Source of the DNA: Isurus oxyrinchus
Lineage: Eukaryota
Reading direction: 5' to 3'
NCBI GenBank assembly: GCA_026770705.1
Contig: JANJGN010000189.1
Span: 310,001 to 374,000 of the forward strand
DNA: 64,000 nucleotides
The position numbers and the translations under genes were made by a program. The notes beneath the pieces were generated by a model that saw nothing but the letters and a program-made list of their open reading frames with translations, made no database searches and had not been told where the DNA came from. This document shows positions 9,310 through 21,300 of this stretch, in pieces. The first letter of the stretch is position 1. Each line of letters opens with the position of its first letter.

Positions 9310-12300
9310 CTGTAATAGAAACAGAAATGATCAGAGTGACAATCAGAGTGATCAGTGTTTAGTATTATTGATCCAAATCAAAAAATTCCATCCACAGTAG
9401 AGACATTAATTATTGATACTGAACGGGGTTTGATTATTGATCCTGAACGATGTTTGATTATTGATTCTGAACGGGGTTTGATTTTTAATTCTGAACGGGG
9501 TTTGATTATTGATTCTGAAAAGGGTTTGATTATTTATTCTGAATGGGTTTTGATTATTGAATCTGAACGGAGTTTGATTATTGATCCTGAACGTAGTTTG
9601 ATTATTGATACTGAACAGGGTTTGATTATTGATTCTGAACGGGGTTTGATTATTGATACTGAATGGGGTTTGATTATTGATACTGAACGGGGTTAGATTA
9701 TTGATACTGAACGGGGTTTGATTTTTAATACTGAACGGGGTTAGATTATTGATACTGAACGGGGTTTGATTTTTAATTCTGAACGGGGTTTGATTATTGA
9801 TTCTGAACGGGATTAGATTATTGATACTGAACAGGTTTGATTTTTAATTCTGAACAGGGTTTGATTATTGATACTGAATGGGGTTTGATTATTGATACTG
9901 AATGGGGTTTGATTATTGATTCTGAAAGGGTTTTGATTATTGAATCTGAACGGGGTTTGATTATTGATCCTGAACGAAGTTAGATTATTGATATTGAACG
10001 GGGTTTGATTATTGATATTGAACGGGGTTTGATTATTGATTCTGAACGGTGTTTGATTATTGATCCTGAACGGAGTTTGATTATTGATACTGAATGGGGT
10101 TTGATTATTGATTCTGAACAGTGTTTGATTATTGATTCTGAACGGGGTTTGATTATTGATACTGAACGGTGTTTGATTCTTGATTCTGAACTGGGTTTTG
10201 ATTATTGATTCTGAAAGGGGTTTGATTATTGATTCTGAATGGGGTTTGATTATTGATACTAAACGGGGTTGGATTATTGATACTGAACGGGGTTTGATTA
10301 TGTATACTGAACGGGGTTTGATTATTGATTCTGAACGAGGTTTGATTATTGATACTGAGCGGGGTTTGATTATTAATTCTGAACGGGGTTTGTTTATTGA
10401 TACTGAACGGGGATTGATTATTGATTCTGAAAGGGGTTTGATTATTGATACTAAACGGGGTTGGTTTATTGATACTGAACGGGGTTTGATTATGTATACT
10501 GAACGGGGATTGATTATTGATTCTGTACGCGGTTTGATTATTGATTCTGAACGGGGTTTGATTATTAATTCTGAACTGGGTTTGTTTATTGATACTGAAC
10601 GGGGATTGATTATTGATTCTGAATGGGGTTTGATTATTAATTCTGAACAGGGTTTGATTATTGATACTGAACGTGGTTTGTTTATTGATACTGAACGGGG
10701 ATTGATTATTTATTCTGAAAGGGGTTTGATTATTAATTCTGAACGGGGTTTGATTATTGATACTGATCGGGGTTTGATTATTGATTCTGAACAGGTTTTA
10801 TTATTGTTACTGAACGGAGTTTGGTTATTGATACTGAACGGGGTTTGATTATTGATTCTGAACGGGGTGTGTTATTGATTCTGAACGGGGTTTGATTATT
10901 GATTCTGAACGGGGTTTGATTATTGATTCTGAACGGTGTTGGGTGTGAGTTTGGTTGGGTTTGGGAGTGACTGTATAAAACATTGCAGATACAGGAGTGG
11001 AGCAGCCATATCAATAACCAGGCTACTGGAGCAGCTGAGAGGCTGGGGATCCTGTGGTGTGTGACTCACCTGATTCCTCAAAGCCCAACCACGCTCACAG
11101 TTTTCATAAACAGGACCTCGATATTCATCAACACGGTGGTTCGATTTGATTCCTGCTTTCCCCTCACCTCTCTTCCGAAATAGAGATGGAAATGGACAGA
11201 ATGACAATCAACATGATGTGTATTCGGTGTTGGGTTTGATTATTGGGGAGAGAGTTCCAGATTTCCACTCCCCTTTGTGTGAAGAAGTGCTTCCTGACAT
11301 CACCCCTGAACGGCCTGGCTCCAATCTAAAGTTCCAGCCCCCTTGTTCTGGACTCCACCCGACCCCCACCACCCACCCCCACCCGAGGGAATAGCTTCTC
11401 TCTATCGACCCTATCGAGTGTTTAATCAGTTTGAACCCCTCAATTAGATCCCTCCTAAATCTTCTAGACCCGAGTGAATATAATCGTAGACTGTGTGTAA
11501 CCTGTCTGCATAATTTAACCAGAAAGATGTTCTGTACAACAGACTTGAGCCTCACACCCAGATCTCAATAATCAGTAGAAATCTTTCAAAGGCATCAATC
11601 ATTGGAATCTGTCTTTATAAAGTCACAACATCAACAAAGGACGGTGTTGGTGGTGGAAGTGAATTCCAATCGTTCCGTTACTTACCCAGTACCTGTCCGA
11701 CTGCTCGCCTGGGGAGGAACTGCCCACACGCTCTGCTTGGGCTGAATGACCTCTTCTTGTGCTGCTCCCTCTGTGTATTTAATGAGAAAGGGTTGATGTG
11801 TCTCTGTGAGTCAAATCAGGAATTGGGGAACAATTGTGAAAACCCTTTCATTGAAACGTAGGGCCTTAGTGTTGTGTTGTTAACAAACTGTTAACCCTTT
11901 GTGTCCTGACTCTGTGACGTGATTCCTGTGTAAAGCTGAGCAGTCGGTGAGCGAGTTTCAATTCACTGCTCACTCCAGGTGTTGAGGTGGATCTTCTGAA
12001 GGAGCAGATGTTGCTCAGCGCTCCTTAAAAATGTGAGAGACTGAACAACGTGTAAGAGGACGAGAGAAAGAATGAGAAGGAGAGCATTAGTGGAGATAAG
12101 AGAGAGTGAATGAGAGAGAGAGAGAATGAGAGAGAAAATGAGAAGGCGTGCATTAGTGGAGGTAAGAGAGAGAGTGAATGAAACATGGAAAAAGGAAAGA
12201 GATTGCATTCACTAACAAAAGAAAGGTTTTCATTTATATCGCACCTTTCACAAACTCAGGAGGTCACAAGGTATCTTATGGTCCGGGTCAACCCTGCCAG

Positions 12301-15300
12301 TTACAGGACTGAGTTGTGAAACAGTGAGTGTTGGATGAGATGTTAAACGGTAGGTGAACATCAAAACTCTTCAGGGGCTGTGAAGGGTTTTGGATTGTAA
12401 AAGTTGCTATAGAAATGCAAGTTCTTTCTATAAGGAGAGAAGGTTGAAGAAAACATGTTCAAAAACAACCAATTAAACCTTCACACTTACTTTCTCACAC
12501 ACTTGAAGATGAAGAATCCACTCAGTCCAACACTCAAACAGATTCCAGCTCCAAGCAATCCTGCTTTCCATTCATTGGAATCTCGCCCTGTAAAATCAGC
12601 CAATGAATGACTCCGGTACAGTTTGAGAATGGTTCCCTATGTACATGTAGTAATTCTGAACTTGTGAAGTGATATTGTCTATGCATGAAAGGTCTATACA
12701 AATAACATTTATCTATGTAATATTTATTGATAATATCCATGTACATGCAGGTTTCTATAAGGAGGATTCACATATAACAGGGGTGCCAAGCTGCTGAGGT
12801 GACACACAGGACTACATACACACCAAACAGCGGAAACAACATGCTACAGACAGAGCAAAGCGATCCCACAACCAACGGGTCAGATCTAAGCTCTGCAGTG
12901 CTGCCACATCCAGTCATGAATGGTGATGGACAATTAAAGATCTAACAGGAGGAGGATGTTCCACAAATATCCCCATCCTTAATGATGGGGGAGCTCAGCA
13001 CATCAGTGCAAACGACAAGGCTGAAGCATTGGCAACCATGTTCAGCCAGAAGTGCTGAGTGGATGATCCATCTCGGCCTCCTCCAGAGGGTCCCAGCATC
13101 ACAGATGTCAGCTTTCAGACAATTCGATTGACTCCACGTGACATCAGGAATCAGCTGATGATACTGGATACAGCAAAGGCTTTTGGCCCTGGCAACAACC
13201 CGGCAACAGGAAATAATGTGGTTACAAGAACGGGTAAGAGGCTGGGAACTCTGCGGTGAGTAACTCACCTCCTGACTCTCCAAAGCCTGTCCACCATCGA
13301 CAAGGCACAAGTCAGGATTGTGATGGAATAATCTCCACTTGGCTGGATGAGTGCAGCTCCAACAACACTCAAGAAGCTCGACACCATCCAGGAGCAGCTT
13401 GTTTGATCGACAGCCCATCCACCAGCATAAACATTCATACCCTCCACCACTGGCACACAATGGCAGCAGTGTATGCACCATCTACAAGATGCACTGCAGC
13501 AACTCACCAAAGCTTCTTCGACTGCACCTTCCAAACCCTTAACCTCTTCCACCAAGACAGTTCCAAGTCAGTGAGGTGTGTGACTTGGAAATCAACATGA
13601 GGTGGTGGTCTGCCCTGGGACTTGGAACTATATCGGCCGTTCCTTCACCGTCGTTGGGTCAAAATCCTGGAACTCCCTCCCTAACAGCACTGTTGGTGTG
13701 CCTACACCACATGGACTGCAGTGGTTAAAGAAGGCAGCTCACCACCACCTTCTCAAGGGGCAGTTACAGATGGGCAATAATTTCTGGCCTTGTCAACAAT
13801 GCCCACATCCCATGAGCTAATAACAAGAGAATGTAGAATTCTGTGTAACTCACGTTCCACAGTGATGGTTATGAATCCCTCCACTGCTCCATGTTCATTC
13901 TCTGCCACACACTGATAGTCTCCAGTGTCCCTGGATGTAACGTGAGGAATCACCAACCACAGCTCATTGTTGGAACTTGTTCTGTTCATTGGGACATTAA
14001 GATGTCGCCACGTCAGGTTAGAAGCTGGGAAGCTCTCGACAGAGCAGATTATCACTGTAGAATTCCCCTCAATTATATTGATCGATGAAGCGTTAATCAT
14101 ATCAAGAGAAGTAATTGAGAGGTTCTGTGGAGCATCTAAAAACATATAAAGATTTTAGAGTGAGCAAGCACAATGCACATCAAGACTCCATGTATCATCT
14201 CTCCGTATCTGATGTCTGAATACAATTCCAGGCACCTTCCTCAGCATAAGTTCCTCTGTCACATTTATAATGGACACTGCCTATGTAAACTGTCACACTG
14301 CAGTTGCATTCCCCCACCAGTTGAGGTGCTATCAATCTAGAATGAAAGAAACTTTCATTCACATCCTCAGGATTTCGCCAAGCCTTTACAGGCAATGAAT
14401 TGTATTTGATTGATGGAGCACTGAGGGGTAAATCTACAATTCACTGTTCAGGAGTTTGGTCATCCAATTCAGGGTCTTGTTGATCTGGAGTTTACCTTCG
14501 TTCCATCCAGAATTGGAGCTGACACCAAGACTCCAGTGCAGAGAGTGCGTGTGGGAGTGCATTTATGTATATGTGTTCAAATCTGAGAGAGTTGTTGAAG
14601 TCTGTGTAACTCACGTTCCACAGTGATGGTTATGAACCCCTCCACTGCTCCATGTTCATTCTCTGCCACACACTGATAGTCTCCAGTGTCCCTGGATGTA
14701 ACGTGAGGAATCACCAACCACAGCTCATTGTTGGAACTTGTTCTGTTCATTGGGACATTAAGATGTCGCCACGTCAGGTTAGAAGTTGGGAAGCTCTCGA
14801 CTGAGCAGATTATCACTGCAGAATACCCCTCAATTATATTGATCGATGAAACGTTAATCATATCAAGAGAATTAATTGAGAGATTCTGTGGTGTGTCTGA
14901 AAACAAATAAAGATCAGTTACTTACATTGTCTGTGAAGCACTTTGAGAGGCCCTGAGAATGTGAAAGGTCTGATATCAATGTAGGTTCCTTCACCACAAA
15001 GCACTTAATTCAGGCAGTCACTACAGCTCAGTACTGAGGGAGTGCTGTACTGTCGGAGGGTCAGTACTGAGGGAGTGCTGCACTGTTGGAGGGTGGGTAC
15101 TGTGAAAGCTGCACTGCCGCATAGTCAGTATTGAGCGAGTACTTCACTGTCGGAGAATGAGTACTGAGGGAGTGCTGCACAGTTGGATGGTCAGTACTGA
15201 GGGAGTGCGGCACTGTCGGAGGGTCAGTACTGAGGGAGTGCTGCACTGTTGGATGGTCAGTACTGAGGGAGTGCTGCACTGTTGGATGGTCAGTACTGAG

Positions 15301-18300
15301 GGAGTGCTGCACTGTTGGAGGTTCAGTACTGATGGAGTGCTGCACTGTTGGATGGTCAGTACTGAGGGAGTGCTGCAATGTCGGAGGATCAGTACTGAGA
15401 GAGTGCTGCATTGTCAGAGGGTCAGTACTGAGGGAGTGCTGCACTGTCAGAGGGTCAGTACTGAGAGAGTACTGCACTGTCAGAGGGTCAGTACTGAGGG
15501 AGTGCAGCACTGTTGGATGGTCAGTACTGAGGGAGTGCTGCACTGTCAGATGGTCAGTACTGAAGGAGTGCTGCACTGTTGGATGGTCAGTACTGAGGGA
15601 GTGATGCACTGTCGGAGGGTCAGTACTGAGGGAATGCTGCACTGTCGGAGGGTCAGTACTGGAAGAATGCTGCACTGTCGGATGGTCAGGACTGGAAGAT
15701 TGCTGCACTGTCAGATGTTCAGTACTGAGGGAGTGCTGCTCTGTCGGAGGGTCATTACTGAGGAAGTGCTGCATTGTCGGAGGGTCAGTACTGGAAGAGT
15801 GCTGCACTGTTGCAGGGTCAGTACTGAGGGAGTGCTGCACTGTCGGAGGGTCAGTACTGAGGGAGTGCTGCACTGTCGGAGGATCAGTAATTAGGGAGAT
15901 CTGCACTGTTGGAGGGTGATAAGACCATAAGACCACAAGACGTCAGAGCAGAAGGAGGCCATTCGGCCAATCAACTCTGCTCCGCCATTCAATGACACCA
16001 TGGCTGATCTGACAATCCTCAACTCCACTTTCCTGCCTCTTCCCCATAGCCTTTGATTCCCTGACTGATTAAAAAACTGTGTCTCTCAGCCTTGAATATA
16101 ATTAATGACCCAGCCTCTGCAGCTCTCTGTAGTAAAGAATTCCACACATTCACTACCCTCTGAGAGAAGAAACTCCTCATCTCTGTCTTAAATGGGTGAC
16201 CCCTTACTCTGAGATTATGCCCTCTGGTCCTAGACTCTCCCACAAGGGGAAACAACCTCTCAGCATCTACCCTGTCAAGCACCCTAAGAATCTTATATGT
16301 TTCAATAAGGTCAGCTCTCATTCTCCTAAACTCCAATGAGTACAGGCCCATCCTACTCAACCTCTCCTCATATGAAAATACCTCATTACTGGGATCAACC
16401 TAGTGAACCTTCTCTGGACTGCCTCCAATGCCAGTACATCTTTCCTTAGATAAGGGAACCAAAACTGCTCACAGTATTCTAGGTGTGGTCTAACTAGTGC
16501 CTTGTAAAGTTTTAGCAAGACTTCCCTATTTTTATACTCCATTCCCTTTGAAATAAAGGCCAACATTCCACCTGCCTTCCCTATTAACTGTTGAACTTGT
16601 ATGTTATCTTTCTGATGACCCCCAAATTCCTCTATGCTTCAGCTTTCCAATGTCTTTCTCCATTGAAATAATATTCAGCTCCTCTATACATCCTGCCACA
16701 GTGCAGCAGCTCACATTTTCCCACATTATATTCCATCTGCCAAGTTGATGTCCACTCACTGAACCTGTCTATGTCCCTCTGTAGACTCTTTGTGTCACCC
16801 TCACCACTTGCCTTCCCATCTATTTTTGTGTCATCCGCAAACTTGGCGAAAGTACATTAATTTCCCTCATCCAAGTCATTAATATATATTGTAAATAATT
16901 GTGGCCCCAGCACTGATCCCTGTGGCAATCCACAGGTTGACATCCTGAAAATGCCCCCCTTATCTCAAATCTCTGTCTTCTCTTAGTTAGTCGATCCTCT
17001 ATCCATGCTAATATACTGCCCCCAACACCATGGGCTCTTATCTTATTAAGTAGCCTTATATGTGGTAATTTACTGAACAACTTTTGGAAATCCAAATATA
17101 TTACATCTACTGGTTCCCCTTTATCTATCCTGTTTGTTATCTCCTCAAGGAATTCTAATAAATTTGTCATGCATGATTTCCCCTTCATGAAGCCTGTGTG
17201 TGATTAAATTATGCATTTCTAAATAGTCTGCTATTACATCCTTTATAATGGACTCTAACATGTTCCCATTGACAGATGTTAAGCTAACTGGCCTATAGTT
17301 TCCTGTTTGTTGTCTCCCTCCCTTTTTGAATATGGGTGTTACTTTGGCAGATTTCCAATCCTCTGGGAGTTTCCCAGAATCTAAGGATTCTTGGAAGATT
17401 AAAACCAGTGCATCCACTATCTCTGCATCTACTTCCTTTAATATCCTAAGATGCAACCTATCAGGTCCAGGGGACCTATCAGCCTTGAGACCCATGACTT
17501 TCCCTAGTATTATTCTCTAGTGATAGTTACTGTATTTATTTCCTCCCCCCACCCCCCTTTTGCCCCTTGATTATTTAGTATTTTTGGAATGCTATTAGTG
17601 TGTTCTACCGTGAAGACTGATGCAAAGTATTTATTCAACTCCTCTGTCATTTCCTGGCTCCTCATTATTATTTCCCCAGCCTAGTTCTCTCAGGGGCCTA
17701 TGTTCACTTTGGTCTCTCTCTCCCTTTTTATATATTTAAAGAAGCTTTTACTGTCCTTTTTTTATAATTTGCTAGTTTACATAGTTTTCTGCCTCTTTAT
17801 TTATTTTTTGGTCATCTTCTGTTGGTTTTTAAAACGTTCCCAATCCTCTGGCTTACCACTAACCATATTGCATGGTTTCTCTTTCAATTTGACACATGCC
17901 TGAACTTCTTTGGGTAACCCAGGTTGGTTTATTCTCTTCCTACAATCCTTCTTCCTCACCGGGATATATCTTTGTTGTGAGTCATGAGATATTTTCTTAA
18001 AGATCTGCCATTGTTCATCCAGCATCTTTTCTGCTAAACCCCTTTCCCAGTCCACTCCAGACAACCCTGTCCTTATTTCTTTGTAATTACACTTATTTAA
18101 GTCCAGCACAGTTGTTTCCGACCCAAGTTTCTCAGTCTCAGAGGGAATGCTGAATTGTACCAGGTTATGGTCATTTTTTTCCAGGGGATCATTTATTCTG
18201 AGATACAGTTCAGAGGAAAACCACCCATTAATATATCCCGTGTCAGTCACACCGTAGCAATAGAGAATTCCGATGGAATAGGGGCCTTTACCCCAAGGAA

Positions 18301-21300
18301 GTGGGAATACAAAGAGGCTCGGAGAGATGCGTCAGGTTATAAATCTCTGCTCAGAGCCCACCTGCAGTTAGTGGCTTCAGTTGTGGGTCCCGCCCCTCAG
18401 GGAGGGTATATTGCCCTCCGAGGGGCTGCAGCCCAGAGTCACCAGAACGATCCCGGGGCTGAAAGGGTTAAATTCTGAGGACAGGTTGCACAGACCAGGC
18501 TTGTGTTCCCTCGAGTCTTGAAGATTAAGGGGTGATCTAATCGAGGGGTTTAAGATGATTAAAGGATTTGATGGGGTCGATAGAGAGAAACTATTTCCCC
18601 TGGTGGTGGGGGTGAGGTGAGGGGGTGGGGGTGAGGGTGGGGGTGGGGGTGGGGGTGGGGGTGGGGGTGAGGGTGGGGGTGGGGGGTGGGGGTGGGGGTG
18701 AGGTGAGGGGGGGTCCAGAACAAGGGGGCAGAATCTTAAAATTGGAGCCAGGCCGTTCAGGGGGTGATGTCAGGAAGCAATTCTTCACACAAAGGGGGGG
18801 TGGAAATCTGGAACTCTCTCCCCCAGAAAAAGCTGTCGAGGCTGGGAGGGGTCAATTGTAAATTTCAAAACTGACATTGGGAGATTTCTGTTGGGTCGGG
18901 GGGTGTTTAAGGTTTAAGGAACCGAGCTGGGTGGATGGGGTTAATATACAGAACAGCCGTGATCTGATTGAATGGGGGAACAGGCTGATTATTGAATGAC
19001 TGGGAATGTCAGCCCAGTGTATGGATCGCCAATCTCTAGAATGGGAGGATTCCTCTTCTATTGGAATTCATTCAGTAATGTGGGCATCACTGGCAGGGCC
19101 AGCGTTTATTGCCCATCCCTAGTTGCCCCTTGAGAAGGCGGTGGTGAGCCGCCCGCTCGAATACAACTGAGTGGCATGCCCGGCCCATTCAGAGGGGCAG
19201 TTAAGATTCCCCCACATGGCTGTGGGTCAGGAGTCACATGTAGGCCAGACCGGGTAAGGATGGCAGAATTCCCTCCCTAAAGGAGATTACTGGCCCAGAT
19301 GGGTTTTTACAACAATCTGGTAGTTTCATGGTGACCATCACTGAGAATTGTGAACAAACTGTGGAGAAATGTCGACTTGCCAGCCAATCAGCACGCCCTC
19401 TTCCCCCGCATCAGAAATGGCTGTTCCCTTTGAGATTGGGTTTTCTCGTGACTCTGTCCTGACGAGGATTGAAACCTTCGACAGCATGTTTTCAGCAACA
19501 CCCAAGGGGAGATTTGGTTCACCTCGGAGTTTGGACAAGATGTGGAATTGTTTAAAAGTCAGGATTGAAATTACTCACATTCAGTGGGAATTCTAATGGG
19601 CAGAGACTGGGAACTGCCCAGGATACTTGTTGCTTCACAGTAGTAGGAGATTTCCTCATCGAATCCATAAGGAACTGTAATAGTTTGACCAGCGAGCGCG
19701 AGATTCGTCATCTTTCCTTGGGAGATCTTAAACCAGGTGAAATTGTGGACTGCTGGATTCCCGTCACTGGAACAACTTAGAGAAATCACCTTTCCTTTTT
19801 CCAGTGTCAGCCTGACAGACGTGTTGTGAGGAGAATCTTTCAAATACAAAATTATCAACACATTAAACACTGAGTGTGATGGAATTCTCTCCAGTTGCCG
19901 GGATGAGTGCGGCTCCAACAACACTCAAGAAGCTCGACACCATCCAGGACAAAGCAGCCCGATTGATTGGCATCCCACCCACCATCTTCAACATTCACTC
20001 CCTCCACCATGAACACACATTGTTAGCAGTGTGCACCATTTTATTAGTGATGATCTTATATTGATGGCCCCTAACTCTTCGTCACTCCGACAAGTGGAGA
20101 CATCTTCTCCACATCTACCCTATCGAAACCCTTTCACCATTTTAAGGACCTCGATGAGGTCACCCCCTCAGCCTTCTCTTTTCTAGAGAAAAGAATCCCA
20201 GCTTGTTCAGTCTTTCCTGATAGCTATAACATCTCAGTTCTGGAATCATCCTTGTCAATCCAACTTGCGCCTTCTCCAATGCCTGATTTAATAGGAGACC
20301 GACTCCCCCTCCATCACAAGCATGATGTTCTAATCAATACTTACACTTTACACTCAGAGTAACGGAGCTGACCACTCGATGGCTGGTTTGAGGGTAGTCG
20401 CACGTACAGCGGAGAGTTCGTCCATGATGCTTGAACGAAGGGTTAAAGGTCAGTAGAGCGGAAACCTCACCACCGTTCTCTGTAATGTTGCTGACCGATG
20501 AAGTCAGCAATTCACTCCAGGTTAGATTGGGGTGGTTATCAGGGCAGGTGTAGAGGCATTTACAGATGATATGTGCAGGAGTCCCCTCCTGTAAATCCTT
20601 CAGGAGCACAATAACTGGCTTATCTGGAGCATCTGTAATAGAAAGTTCCAGATGTTAACTGACAAGCAGAAAACAATTTGTATTTGTCCTCTGATTTTTC
20701 AATAGGGTCACAGACACTCAGAACACAGAAGGAGGCCATTGGCCCATCCAGTTCATGCTGTCTCTCTGTAGAGCAATCCAATCAGTCCCATTCCCCCCGC
20801 TCTGTCCTCGTATCCCTGTGAGTTTATTTCCAATTGTCCGTCCAATTTCCTTTTGAAATTGTTCATCGTCTCCACTTCCACCATCCTCGTAGGCAGCGAG
20901 TTCCAGCTCATTACCACTCGCTGTGTAAAAAAGTTCCTCCTCACATCGCCCCCCACCCACAACCTTCAATCTGTGTCCCCCGGTCCTTGTACCATCAGCT
21001 AATGGCAACATCTTCTCTTCGTCTACCTTATCTAAACCCATCATCATCTTGTACACCTCGATCAGATCCCCCCTCAATCTCCTTTGTTCCAAGGAGAACA
21101 ACCCCAGCTCCTCCAACCCAACCTTGTAGCTAAAATCCCTCATCCCTGGACCCATTCTGCTCAATCTCCTCTCCACCCAGAAGCAAAAAATCAGTTCAGA
21201 TCAGTACTCTTATCTCGCAGTTTTACTGGTGTTCTATATTATTCTATACAAGACCAGTTTGGACCAGTACTCTTATTTCCCAGTTTAACTGGTGTTCTAT

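Noticed and set aside
9355-10848. LIIDSERG repeat ORFs or a CRISPR-like array
   Set aside because: Head-to-tail 24-bp minisatellite with no unique spacers, in a vertebrate intron.
18603-18713. Telomere-like repeat or Pro/Thr-rich protein
   Set aside because: (GGGGGT)n expansion inside a CR1 fragment, not TTAGGG; G-quadruplex-capable but no evidence of function.
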